DNA from: Balanoglossus misakiensis
Lineage: Eukaryota > Animalia > Hemichordata
Length of the DNA stretch: 64,000 nt
Assembly: GCA_040954595.2 (NCBI GenBank)
Contig: CM082589.2
Location: 248,001-312,000, forward strand
Reading direction: 5' to 3'
The notes under the pieces are model-generated. The model worked only from the letters and a program-made list of their open reading frames with translations. It was not told where the DNA came from and did no database searches. Positions 38,283-51,733 of this stretch are shown here, piece by piece (the stretch's first letter is position 1; each line of letters opens with the position of its first letter). The position numbers were made by a program, and so were the translations under genes.

Positions 38283-39992
38283 CTATGGATCGTTATCTAT
38301 ATTTGCATACACCGAATCTTCGGTTTCCTCTGATGGTTTTTCGGTTTCACTTGTGTCGAGCGCCTCATAATAGTCATCCGGGTTACCTTGTAAGTTCAAA
38401 GGTGTGTATCCGGAACTAACAGCTGCGGCTGAAGGTGTGTCCGTCTTGTAGGTAGCTGAATTCTTTGACGTATTCACGTTGGCTTCTTTGGTGGGTGACG
38501 GATTCTTGTTGACTGGGGGTGTGTTTTGATATTTAGGAGCACTCAGTTGTTTCGTCATACCTTTATCTTGCCCTGGATTTGGTTTGGGCGCTAAGGCCGG
38601 TTTCAGTTTCGGGCCTACGGTCGTCTCGTAGCGGTTTTTCCGTTTTCTCTTCGCGTCAGATTGCAATAGGTTTTCCTTTTGTGGTGACAGTTCAACGTCA
38701 CTAGGCATGTCCGAGTCTTTTCTGTTACATTTTGAGCGAATGAAGACAAATGTTATCGATGAAATGATTCCCATGACAACGCCTACCAAGAAAGCACCGA
38801 CGCCGATCCCAGCAACCGAAGCATCCGACTTACTTGCAGTCTGAGGGGTCACATATGAATGAGTTATATTGGAACTTCCATTGCCGATAGAGTTACTCGC
38901 ACGGCATTCTATTATTGTATCGATCGTCGGCAAAGTTGAGAAAGGATCTTGAATAACATGTAGAAACCTTCCGGTTCCTTCAGTAATAAAATTATCATCC
39001 AAGTCATCGCTTTTGATACGAATCCCGTCTGAAAACCACTCCAAATTTGCGACTGGTGGGTTGGCGTCAAATTCACATGAATAAATCGTGATGAAGTTGT
39101 CAAAGGGAGATTCCCAAGAATCAGAGCTATTGTGGCGTGTTATGTGCCCACGGGGAGAGTACAACACATTGAGTGGTCCCACACTGCACGATTTCATAGT
39201 TTCCACATTTGGGTGACTCTCTGTACATTCTAGAGTCAATTGGTTATCGGAAGGTTTCAGGTTATGATTATAAATAATACTTGATCCATTTTCAAGTGTT
39301 TGTTCTGTTGGAATTTCCTGGTTGCCAGCTCTGCTTATTTGCCATTTCAGAGATGACGGTTGGATCCGCTCGGTGTTGTGGTTTCTACAGATAACTGTGA
39401 TCTCGTCCCCTTCGTGAGCTTGGAAGTTTATAGGCAGGCTGGAGTGGCAACTTGGCGGGGTCAAGGCAGTGACATGTTTGTATGTAGAAAACTGGGTTGG
39501 CGAGCCTCCCACGACAGTGCAACGATAACTGCCGTCAGTTTCTCCGCTCGCTGCGAACAGCATCACAAATTCAACTGTAATAGAGTCCCCGGTTCTCGTC
39601 TGTTCTATTGTTGTCACGTGACCTGTAAATCCTTGTTGGCAAGAAGCGTTGGTTGTTCTAGAGTCAGTTATGTCCTTCAGTGGCACGGCACACTGCCGAA
39701 CGTGGTTGTCACCACTATGTTGCCAGTAAACTGATTTATCGCCTCGTGTTGCTGGGTCGGAGTCAATCTGCAGTGAACACGTCAAAGCAACTTGGTCCCC
39801 GAGCCATACCGTCTGATTGGACGAACTTGAAATGAATTTCACAAACGGCTCTTGTTGTAGTGAGGAACTCGGCAAAGCAAGTAAAACGGATATTCCGATG
39901 AAAACATTAAGTACAAATCGATTGTTTGGAAATGTCCGAAATTGAGTCTGTTTGCTTGAGGCGTGGTGGAGATACAGTCCCATGGTTAGCAT
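38283..39992 (-). CDS. Type I membrane Ig-superfamily receptor (3 Ig-like domains), single exon
   Basis: Hydrophobic signal region; Ig motifs LTC...VYWQ...DGSYRC, VIC...LKWQ...DNQLTLEC, SCEFDANPP...LEW...ECRASNSIG; TM IGVGAFLVGVVMGIISSITFVFI; Tyr/Pro-rich cytoplasmic tail. Confidence 0.85.
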   Translation of the reverse strand: MLTMGLYLHHASSKQTQFRTFPNNRFVLNVFIGISVLLALPSSSLQQEPFVKFISSSSNQTVWLGDQVALTCSLQIDSDPATRGDKSVYWQHSGDNHVRQCAVPLKDITDSRTTNASCQQGFTGHVTTIEQTRTGDSITVEFVMLFAASGETDGSYRCTVVGGSPTQFSTYKHVTALTPPSCHSSLPINFQAHEGDEITVICRNHNTERIQPSSLKWQISRAGNQEIPTEQTLENGSSIIYNHNLKPSDNQLTLECTESHPNVETMKSCSVGPLNVLYSPRGHITRHNSSDSWESPFDNFITIYSCEFDANPPVANLEWFSDGIRIKSDDLDDNFITEGTGRFLHVIQDPFSTLPTIDTIIECRASNSIGNGSSNITHSYVTPQTASKSDASVAGIGVGAFLVGVVMGIISSITFVFIRSKCNRKDSDMPSDVELSPQKENLLQSDAKRKRKNRYETTVGPKLKPALAPKPNPGQDKGMTKQLSAPKYQNTPPVNKNPSPTKEANVNTSKNSATYKTDTPSAAAVSSGYTPLNLQGNPDDYYEALDTSETEKPSEETEDSVYANIDNDP

Positions 39993-41157
39993 TCACCCGT
40001 TGACCCGTAAATCACTTCCTTGTCTTGTTGAGCGCAATGCGCCACGTTGAATACTACAAGGTAACTGTGCGCAGAACTCACTCAAGCATCAGACGATCGA
40101 GCCACTTGATTGTCAAAGCGTCAAGTCAAATCACAAACCTCCTGCCAACAGCAGTATCTTCTCTTGGACCAGTAATGTCACATCCAAGTTGAGCGAATGA
40201 CCACAGCTTGATTGAGTGTTGTTTCCACAAGTTTCAAGTTAGAGTGATACGTCACACACCCTTTTAAGGTTCGTGGAATCAACGTCATAATGTCTTCCGG
40301 CTTTCAGTGAAATCTCGCGGGTAGTCACTATACTCTCACCGGAAGCCTTTAGAAAGTGGTGGGAGACGATAAAAGGTGTTTCCTAATGATAATTTCTGCC
40401 GGCGATGACACGTCTATCTACGAAAGTTAGAAACGTGGGCGCGAACTTCTTAGTCTATTCCGGATAATCACCTTACCAAGCAAACTGATCGCATATATTT
40501 TTCCTCATGCAGACCCTTTCCGTGAATTTCTGCCTTTCGCCCCTGTGAGCAAAATCAACAATGTATGTTTATTTGCATTCGTCGCTCGACTTTTGGTCCA
40601 ATGACATAAGCTTACAGATTGTACACGCAAAGAAAGTGTCACCATGTTCCACAAATGATCTTACACGCGCTCAAGGGGGCACATTTATTATTGTGTCACG
40701 TGAACACTCTAAAAGTTGCGCACATAAACACATATTCTGTCTACACATGTATAATGTGCTGAAGCACGCATTCTGTGCTGCGCCAACTCAATCGTAAGGG
40801 AAATTGCGTGTTACATATGTACATGTAGTTTTGAAGTGCACGTCCCCAGATGCATTTAGACACGGACGGGCCGTGGAAGTACTTTTTGTTAGTTCATTTG
40901 TCTGGCACCAAAAGGAAGACATAAAAAGAAAACTCCAAACGTCCATATTGTCGATCGAAAATATGAGGCATACTTTGAACGTTAACAGGAGCAAAGGTTC
41001 TTCAAGGGAACCTGAAGTTCGACGACACTGATTGGTTCACGTAATGATTCGACTGTTATCAGAGTGGGGTTGTGCTAACCTATTCGAGTGGCTTTATTAG
41101 TGTGGAAGTCCTGATGTGCAACTTTATTTGGTCTTCTTGCGCATTGAAATCCACATC

Positions 41158-44100
41158 ATGCAGAAAGTAGTCTTAGCTCTGCTTCTGTGTTCTTACGTCA
41201 TCACTTGTGACGCAATCAATCGAATTCACTACATTGCTTGTGTAGAAGAAGAATGGAATTATGCGCCGAGTGGCAAAAATATGTTGAATGGACAACTCAT
41301 CGCAGATGATCCGTAAGTGATTACAATTTCTGCCATTTTGTCATGGAATTGTCCACACGAGATTTTAAAGTCAAACGAGAAATGATTTTGGCAATAACTT
41401 CATGGAAATGCACTAAATAGTGACGAAAACTACTGTCAGTACATGTATACTGTATTATGCAAAAGCACTTGATTTAATTTGTATCGTGAAAAGTCAAATC
41501 TACCTGCTTCGATTGAAAACAAAACGAATAAAGTTGAAAATAAAGACTGTATGTATTTTTCCTGACAGAAAAGCATCGATTTACTTGTCCCAGGGACCAG
41601 ATCGCATCGGTTCGAGATACAAGAAGGCGATTTACTATGAATTCACAGACGACACGTACACAGTGCGCGTGCCGAAACCAGACTGGCAAGGCACAGTGGG
41701 ACCAATCCTCAAAGGAGAAACCAATGACGTCATCCACGTATATTTCAAAAACCTCTGCAGTCGAGGATATTCTATGCATCCTCATGGTGTATTCTACACC
41801 AAAGATTCAGAAGGTACCGTACGTCAAATTTTCATCAAATCATTTTTGCAGCACCTGATCTAGTTCTGCAATTGCAGGGAGTTTTTCTTTATCAGAGATA
41901 AAAACCTGAGCTTTTAGGGCCGATAAACTCTTCAGCAACCTTCACCTTTAGGCCGATCGACCTTGGCTTGCTTGACCTTCATGTCAAATGAACTTTTGTG
42001 TATAGATAGATAGAATGATTGCTGAGGTACCATAGGTATCTTGTATGACCTCTGTGTGACCTTCACACCATGACATTTTGTTGGTATCAGTTTACTATTT
42101 TGAGTTAAAATTCTGGAACAGTCGACCATACCAAAGAATGACAATTTTTCGACTTTCAAATTTCTTCATTTAAAAAAAAAATCATGGGTTATAGCTCATA
42201 AAAATCATTAAAAATGACAATCTTAGCATATCACCTATTGTATCGTCTAGACTTCCCACACTTAAACTCAACAAGTCTACTATTAACTTGTGTTCCGGTT
42301 GTGTCGCCTGCAAAATTTGAATGCTGAACGACAGAATACCCGGATGTTCGATTGTTTAATAACCGGTTGTGGTTTTCTGTGATTGATGACTGATATTATC
42401 TGATCTGTACCTAGACTCTATTCTTTTTGAGTTTAGGTTAATAACTAACGCAGTATAAAGTACAAAAAATATGTCGATGTCAAAATGTGAACTTTGTTTG
42501 TAGAAGTGTCGTGATAACGTTTCGTGGCTTATCTGTTGAATAGTGCATGCATTCGGAATCGCAAATTAATACAAAGATAAGGATCCAAACTCAAGGAGGA
42601 TCATCAAGGTATATCTGACTCCCTGGGTAGATTGGAATTACTTTTTACACGACTTTATGACCTTTTCACTACGCACAGGGCTCATGCGCACGCGCTTTGA
42701 TTTATCAGCATCCATATTAGGGCGCCGTCTAGTGTCCAATAGTGATCTTTGATCTTTCACTTCTCAGGAGCTTTTTACCATGACAACACAGCTGGAAGCG
42801 ACAAATCTGATGATGATGTACCCCCCGGAGGCTCACATCACTATGAATGGATAGTCGACGCCGATGCTTCGCCTCATGGCGATGATCCAAATTGTCTGTC
42901 TTGGGTTTACCATTCTCATGTTGACAGTCCCAAAGACACCAATTCAGGATTGGTGGGAATAATCATAACATGTAAACCGGGTGAGTTTTTAACTTTACTT
43001 ACCTTACCTTACCTTATCTGGAGATAAACGGCGTCTTTCAACACCGAGTCACGTGTTATTTTTGTTATTTTTTTAGGAACGCTCGATGCTAATGGAAACA
43101 GAACTGATGTAAGTCACGAATTTGTTCTGCTCATGACGATAATGGATGAAAATCAGAGTTGGTATCTCGACGAAAATATTCAGACTTACTGTTTAGATCC
43201 GGCGACAGTAGATAAAGGTATTTCTTCAAATCTCATCTCGTATCAGACAGGTACCATAATTGATATATTTTTGTCTGAAAGACCGGATTCCAACGTTATG
43301 TATGTTGTAATGCAGTTTTTAGTTTTATTTGGATATGAAATGATCAGGAAACTTTTTTCACCTCCTTTCAGAGTCAGCAGATTTCATCGAGAGTAACCAA
43401 ATGAATATGATAAATGGATATTTGTATGGTAATTTACCGGATATCAAAGTATGTGTTGGTGAAACGGTGGCTTGGTATGTGTTAGGAATGGGAACAGAAA
43501 TTGATATCCTCTCCATCTACTTCCATGGTCAAAACTTGGTAAGGATACCATGATATACATAGCTACTTGTTATAGATTTGTATACTTGTCATAGCTCATC
43601 ATTGTGTATCATTGTTTGTCTACGTGTATGTATGTGTGCAAATGTGTGGCTGATCAGATTCGATTTTTCTGAATTTGCATTAGGTGTATGCTGGGCATAG
43701 AACTGACGTCATAGCAATATACCCCGCTATATTCACCACAAGTCACATGACTGCAATAAATCCGGGTATTTGGATGGTCAAATGTGTCACAAGCGATCGC
43801 TACGACGGTAAGTTGGTGGTTTATCTATTTGCAAACAAAATACGCAATGATGGTCTTAGGATATGAGTGGAAACAAATATCTTAAATCTCTCTGCAGCTG
43901 GCATGGCCTTTCTATTTGACGTTAAAACCTGTGCCGGTGCAAGCGAAGCAAACATACACGGACTAACAGATCAGATTAGAGAGTATTTCATCCAAGCGGA
44001 GGAGGTTTATTGGGATTATGGTCCAACTGGATTAAACAATTACTTTGGTGGTTCGCTGACTGAGCCAGGAAGGTAATACTTATTGGTTGTTTAGTTTATC

Positions 44101-47100
44101 GGAAGGGGGGGGGGGGGTAAAGATCCCAGAGGTGCCAGCACGAGTTGTGCGTGTGGTGACCTGACCTGTTCAACGTCTATGCATGTGCTAATTGCATTTG
44201 CATGGTTATACCATTGCACCTGGTTATGTCACTGCACCTGTTATATCGCCTATATAAATTGTGGAATTGCATGAACCTGGTCAGTCAGTGTTTACCTCGT
44301 GGTCTCTGTAAACGTGGATAGGGATTTCACTGCGTTTGGGAGACAGCTTTACCAGGCAACTCCTAGTGTTATTTATCAGTTCGACCCGTTTTCATTTTCC
44401 ACCCTTTAGTTCCTCTGCCACATATTTTGAGACCGGGGCATACAGAATTGGCGGAGTGTACGAGAAAATAATCTACGTGGAGTACACAGACGCTACTTTT
44501 ACAACTAAGAAAGCGCGAGCTCCAGAAGAGGAGTACATGGGATTGTTGGGTCCGGCCATCAAAGCTGAAGTCGGCGATCAGATCAGAGTGACATTCAAGA
44601 ACAACGCCAGTAGACCGTACACTATCCATCCACATGGAGTGTTCTACGACAAAGCCAATGAAGGAGCTGGTTATGATGACGGAACATCAGGTTAGTTTGA
44701 TATCACGTAGAAGCTGCAAGGGACCACAGACATAGAAAAAAATCTTTGTGATGAAACAAAAACAAATCGTCCCTTTTTAGACTTTGTAGGGTGGTGAACT
44801 GTTATCAGCAAAACAACGAAACTAGGACTTTCTAGTCACTGGTGTTTAAAATCGAAAGAACAGCACATTTTAAACAATAAAAATTTCTACTTTCAGGTTT
44901 AGACAAGGATGATGACGGAGTTGCACCTGGTGACAGCTACGTCTATGATTGGTCGGTCCCTCTTGAATGGGCGCCAACATTTGACGATGGAAATTGTTCA
45001 ACTTACATGTATTACTCCCACGTTGAACCAACCATGGATCAATTTACTGGATTGATTGGGCCTCTGATTGTATGTAAAGCCGGTATGCTCAACCAATATG
45101 GTGTACAGGTAACATTTGAACTCGTACTATTGTTATTTTAATGCAATTTGGAAGTGATTGTAGGATTGATTGAAAATATGACCAACACACATTTTTTCCG
45201 TGTTTTCCTCTCCCAGGCTGGAGTCACACGTGAGGTGTATCTGTACTACAGCATAATTGACGAAAATAAAAGTTGGTATATAGACGATAACATCCAGGAT
45301 TTCTGCGGTGACCCCGCTGGCGTGGTTAAGGATGACCCAGATTTCATACTATCCAATCAGATGCATGGTAAATATATTTAATAATGAGAACAATATCATG
45401 ACAATCATTTAGAAAATACGTCAGGTTTAGAGTTTTAAAACTTTACATTTTCTTAGGTGTGAACGGATTCCTTTACGCAAATATGCCAAACTTGGCATTC
45501 TGTATTGGTGACGTCATCAACATCCATATCATGAACCTTGGTAGCAGCGCCAATGTCATGGGCGTCCATTTCCATGGCAACACACTGCTTTGGAACAATA
45601 ATCATGCCGACACCGTTCCTGTGGAACCTGGGGTATTCAGACACGCATTTATGACGCCAGACAATGAGGGTAAGAACTTGTGTAATTATGCCATTGACTT
45701 CAGAGTTTTGCTTGAAATATCGGAAAGGAACCTCCGCTTTAACAACCCACATTTTGCATTCGTCAGGTGAATGGGGAATAGTTTGCAGAGACAACCCTCA
45801 CTATGACAGCGGAATGCAGGCAAAATACAACGTGAATTCTTGCGCGAAGGTGGGCGAAAACAGACATATAAAACAAGAGATAAAAGCTGTAATTCGGGTC
45901 TATTACATTGGTGCTGTAGAACTGGAGTGGGACTATGCACCAAACGGATACAATGGTCTGACAAATGGATCTTTGTATGATCCTGACAGGTAAGCAAATA
46001 AACATTGGGTTCGTTTGTTGTGTTGTGTTGTGTTGGATTGGTGGGATTTAGAGTCATGTTGGCATTTCTTTGTTTTACAGCCACGGATATACATTTGCAC
46101 ATAGAGGAAACACAACAATTGGACATCAATACAAGAAAGTTGTCTTCAGAGAATTCACTGACGAGACCTTCACACAGGAAGTGCAACGAACCTCACAAGA
46201 CCAGCATCTTGAAGTTCTTGGACCTTTCATCAAGGCTGAGATTGGTGACACCCTCCAAGTCCATTTCAAGAATATGGCAAGTCGAGATTATTCAGTGCAT
46301 CCACACGGCCTCCTATACCACAAGGTTGATGAGGGGTCTCCATATGAAGATGGATCTACAAGCCCAGGAGATGCAGTGAAGCCCGGGCAAAGTTATACCT
46401 ACAAGTACGGCCTGTCAGAATTCTCTTGGCGTTGCAAATAGGCCTAATGTTCATGTACATGGTAATAAAATATTGATATCGATAGTTGCTAAACATCGAT
46501 TTTCTGTACTTTCAGGTGGGAGGTACCCGCACGTGCAGGACCAAGTGCGGAGGATCCGAACTGCATCACATGGATGTATTACTCCGCGGTTGACCCGGTC
46601 AAAGACACAAACTCCGGCCTGATTGGTCCACTCATTGTGTGCAGGGCCGGAATCCTGGACGCCAACTCGACGCGGACTGATGTCGATCGTGAATTCGCGT
46701 TACTGTTTTCAGTCCTGGATGAAAATGAGAGTTGGTATCTGGACGAGAACATTCAAACTTACTGCTACACTCCTGGACAAGTAAACAAAGAAGATGGAGA
46801 TTTTCAAGAAAGCAATTTGATGCATGGTATGTCATGTCTGTCTGTATGTACGTGTGAGCACGCGCTTTCGTCAATCGTCCTACCTGTTCTACCTTTTACA
46901 TATCTCATCTTTCAACGTTCATTTCAGGTGTCAATGGCAAAATATATGTCAACGTAAATGGCATTGAGATGTACCTAAACGAGAGAGTGGATTGGTACTT
47001 GTTAAGTCTTGGCAGTGAAGTGGACATGCACACCATCCATTTCCATGGCGACACATTTATTCACCAACATGGCGTGGGTAACCACCGTGATGACGTATAC

Positions 47101-47674
47101 GACCTCTTCCCAGGTACGACCGATTGTCATAATATGACCAGATGTAAAGTATGCTCACATAGTTTGGCTGTTATCTTCATGATGCAAAATTGAAACTTTT
47201 ATCTTTGGTAGGTGTTGGTAAAACAGTAAGTACAATTGCAGAAAATGTTGGCGAATGGTTATTACACTGTCACGTCAATGATCACATACATGCTGGAATG
47301 GAAGTTGTCTATAAAGTTCTGGGTGAGTACAAACAGAATACCAAGTTGTATTGCTGTGTGTAATAAGCTCATCACCATGGACCTGTTAATACCTTCTTTT
47401 TTCCTGCTCAAGATGGCGCCAGTGTGGTACGGAAGAGAACATTTACAATCATTTGTAACAATTATCTGCTTTCAATTCTGTCGAGTTTCTTTCTCCTGTG
47501 TGACCTGTATGAAACATTCCCAAAACATCGATTCATTATATTGTCTTTTCGACAGATCCAGTCGTACAAGGACAATCCGGCATTTCAGTGGATGCATCAG
47601 CAACAAGTATTAGTGGATACAATTCTGCCACGGGGCTCTTCAGTTTAGTTGCATTGATCTTCTTGTTTATCTAA
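41158..47674 (+). CDS. HEPH: Ceruloplasmin/hephaestin-like six-domain multicopper ferroxidase with GPI-type C-terminus, multi-exon
   Basis: Signal peptide; three YYI..W(N/D)Y(A/G)P repeats; SMHPHG, YHSH, MHTIHFHG, WLLHCHVNDHIHAGM; last exon DPVVQGQ...GLFSLVALIFLFI*. Probably co-orthologous to CP/HEPH/HEPHL1, so the symbol is approximate. Confidence 0.9.
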
Positions 47675-48790
47675 ATATGCCCCATCACGGCAGACTAAAT
47701 AGCTTGATGTTTTGAAGTACCTCTAGCGGCCTCTAGCAGTTCTGATATCGTCCTTCTGATGCCCGACTATGAATGACACGGTCACGTCGATTCTCAAGGA
47801 TTGATTGAATTTCAAGTATAACAAAAGATCTATTCCATTTTCAATCTGGTTTTCTGTCGGACCCATGATTGTAATGTTGCATACTCATCAGAATCATCAT
47901 TCAGTGACAAAACATCTTCAAGTTGTTTGACTGTCAAGTTAAAAAATAAAAGGAATTGTTATTGCTGTTATGCATATTTTCCTTTGGTATATCAGCACAC
48001 ACCACTTCAGAAGCATTTACCTTGACCAGGTGCCTGTCACATCTGCCAGTCACATCTGCCAGGCTATTTAACTTTTGACCACATGCCACCCATTGATTGA
48101 CCCCAATTCGCCATATTGACCCAAACAACCCTAAGTGTAATGCATCACGTGGGCCTTGCAAAACAATCGGTCGACGGTTGTGCGTAAGATGCATGTCGAA
48201 ATAGCATTCTGATTTCGGTCTATAAAGGTGAGTAGTTTTGTTACGTTTGTAATTTGTATCGTCGCGTCTCAAAGATGTGGCCAGCAGTGTTCATGCTATG
48301 CAGTTTGTATGTATCTGTCGAGTGAACTGTCATTGTGTTCCACTGGATAGTATCTAGACCAAAGGATTGCCTGTGCATGAACTTTCTCACCCCCCCCCCC
48401 CCTTGCAAGTCACTCCAATACCCTGTCCTCAGTTCTAAGCTTGGCGAATTTGAAGTCGGACAAGCGATGATATGCCGACTCTCTGTTCATGCTACCATCC
48501 TTGGAACGGTCACCTCTGCCATGTTGTTGACCTTTTGACCTGAATGGCTCGGCCTTTCGATGCCAAGTCACGCGAGAATGTTGAATTTTGATGTCAAATG
48601 GACACTCCTTGGCAGCAGGGCAGTGTAACTATTGCATGAACGTGTACACTTTGTGTACGCTTTCCCATCATGCACCATAACATAGACCTTCCTTCCTGCT
48701 TCTTCCCTTTATAGTAAGTTTCGTTGTGTTTCTATGAAAAGGGAAGTTGTCATCTTTGGTCTACGAAGAGTAATTTGGAACGAGACAACC

Positions 48791-50965
48791 ATGGCTTCTG
48801 GCGAAGAAAAAGCACGCGTGTTATTGTACACCAACCCGATGGGATATTATACACTTAGAGTAAGTCACAGAGCTTTGTCTATATTTTACACCAAAGACCC
48901 GGTCGGTCAGGGAGATCGCACAGAAAATCGACGACATTTTAGGAAAATAAGGACATGTAAAACACGGAGACCGTTAACAGAAGGCTTTACCTTCCCTCTG
49001 AGAAAAAAATCATACAGTTACCATGAATCTAACCAGGACAATAAGCAGGCCAACAGACACAGAGACAAATGTACATTTTCAACTTCAAGTATTCATGAAT
49101 GTAATATTTCTTGCAGGTGATTATAGCTTTGGAAATAAAAGAAATCCAATACGAATCGAAAGTTTTATCCATCTTGAAGAACGAAAATTTAGAACCCTGG
49201 TTTATGAAGCTGAATCCGCTTGGAAAGGTGCCTGTCTTACAACATGGAGACAACATTGTCACAGACTCTCGGGCGATTTTGGAGTACTTGGATTCCGCAT
49301 TCCCAGCTGGTAAGTTGTCATGACAACACAACGCAACACAACACAATAATTATGAATATAACTATGAATCGCATAACTTTTCCCGTAAATTTCTAATTTT
49401 CCATTACAGCTGTAAAACTTCATCCTGACAAAGACTTACCAGAGTGGCAATCTCTACAAGATTTCCGAAATCTCGTTGACAGTTTCTTTATTGGTTACTT
49501 GGTCGGCGGTTGTTCTAAGTTCGGTACATATGTTCCCGAACCGGGTATCTTCAGTCAACTTGTGTGTCAAAACATTTCTCAGAGTAAGTCATATCATCTC
49601 TGTACAAATTTCCGATGTTTAACGTTTTCGCTGGGAAAATTTACAATGTATTTTGTGTTCAGCTGACAATTATATCGGTCTGAATGCGATACCAAGTGTT
49701 TTGTCTTGATTCAATTTTAATATGCAGGTATTTCTTTCAGATTACACGAAAGTCTCGCGTTATGCAAGAGAAATGGCGACAAAATATCCCCAAATGGAAG
49801 ACATCTACGGCGAAAAAGCGAGAAACTGCCCTGATTGCAATCCCACAGAGAAAAAATTCAAAGAACTTCTATGTATCGTGAAAAAAATCTGTGAATTTTC
49901 TGAGAGAGAATTGGAGAAAAATCCAGGTACGGTGTTATAGATATATTTGAACGAAATTGTTAAGTCAGTGCCCTACATTTCACCAGCCTGGTTTTCCTGA
50001 ATCTCAGGTTAAGATACCCTGTAGCGAGACACTGTCAATTGTAGGGTTCATATCATTTGGGGACATTCCCTCCACTTAGCGAGCGAGAGGACACACCAGG
50101 AATTGATGCGTGAGTAGGCCTACTGCATTCAAAGTTTATGTGGAAGTTTCGTACTTCGCCTCTATCTGTCTTATCTTTTTGTTCAAACCTCTTCCACGCC
50201 TGTGGAAATACATTCTCTATAACCTCTGTGAGGTAGAGTTGTTTGTCCGATACGGTCGTTGTGTTATTTCTAAGTTATCTTGGTCCGCATTGGTGACCTG
50301 TACGCGAGTGCATGTTCTGTTGTGCGCAAAAGTAATCGAACGGTTTTAACGGTCTGATTTTCACCGTGCACCTAGCTTTGTTCGTGCTACTGCTGAGTGA
50401 CTTTTTGGGTGAAAAGATTTACCATTGAGTTAATTATCACGTCATTTGGCCTAGTTATCCGTTGCAGTGTTGGCAACGTGTGATAAAAATTGTGCTGGTT
50501 GAGGCCACGCTTGTCTAGTCTGCCATGTGTTGCGTTGTCACTGTTAGTTAATTCCATTGTTTTCATACATGCTGCACGTGTTGAATAGAGATTATTGATT
50601 TTATCGATCAGTTGCATTGTGAGGTGTATAGTCGAGGAAAAAATCGTAGACTGCGAAATAAATCTCCCGCGGGAATGACGAGGACATGAACATTAACATT
50701 TATAAATATAAAACTGGATTTTGTTTCAATTTTCTTGACTGAAGGTAAATTATTGAAAGTTGATGAAGAAATCTCAACCGGTGATATTTATCTTATGGTT
50801 TTTCTGAAACAACTGGACGTCCTTGGATTCCGATCGTATTGGACCGGAGGAAATCATCCTAATCTTTCCAAATATTGGAACCAGAAGAAAGAGATGTTTC
50901 CGTTCAAAAAAGTCTTCGACAGCTATGAAAACCGTATAATAATAATAAGTGGACAACTGAAGTAG
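48791..50965 (+). CDS. GDAP1-like glutathione S-transferase-fold protein, 5 exons
   Basis: ENLEPWFMKLNPLGKVPVLQHGDNIVTDSRAILEYLD (GDAP1-type GST-N), long helical insertion, GST-C motif ISTGDIYL...HPNLSKYW. Confidence 0.8.
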
Positions 50966-51733
50966 CTTAATCCAGCCCCGATTTTGTGGAGTGACTGTTT
51001 TTAGCATACTACGTCTGTGAGCCTTTAAGACGTCTGTATTTGTAAGAATGTCAAGTTCGAGTTTTTAAGCCTTAAAACTGGAGTGACATAAAGTATGATT
51101 ATAATGTGTTTTCACATGCACACCACGACTATTCATATTTTAAAAAGATATTTTACTGCTTTCAAACAAATTAAACAAAAATAGATGTAAACGATACGCG
51201 GGACTTCCCCTTTAAAACCCAGACAGTCGAAGTACTTCACGTATTAAACCTTAATAGAAAACACTTGGAAGTAGGTCAACAAGGAAACTGACCTAACGGT
51301 AGAACGCCGCCCGCTATCTGCAGGTGTGTGTCATATCTTACCTTTGTCAGTATTACAGTTGACGCACGTGGTACAAAGGTCAACTTACAATGTACAGTTC
51401 ACACGGTTATAATGTATTTTAATAAATCCATCCGTTAGTGGGTGCAGCAGCCTCAGTTTGTACTCGGATATTCAACCAGGTAACGCCACCCCTCGTGAAT
51501 GGGAAATTCCAAGGATGAAAACTTAGGCATAGAAGAGGTTAAAATGAGGAAGTACTATCCAAATATATAAAAACTTCGTTCAGTACCCTAACTCCCATTA
51601 GATCTCCAGATAGCGATGTAACAAGACCACTGCTGTACTATCAAGCATTTACAACTGGTGTATTTCAAGATCGAGCTGCGTTTCACTGGCAACGTTGTCA
51701 CCTTAACTGAAATCCACGCTACCAAACATCACA

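Noticed and set aside
40295-40320. Possible iron-responsive element (CAGTGA) upstream of the ferroxidase
   Set aside because: Flanks do not form the 5-bp upper stem with a C bulge, and it is probably outside the transcript.
41930-42270. TGACCT-rich intronic segment (similar texture at ~48000-48600) resembling a dispersed repeat
   Set aside because: No TIR, TSD or ORF definable without a repeat library.
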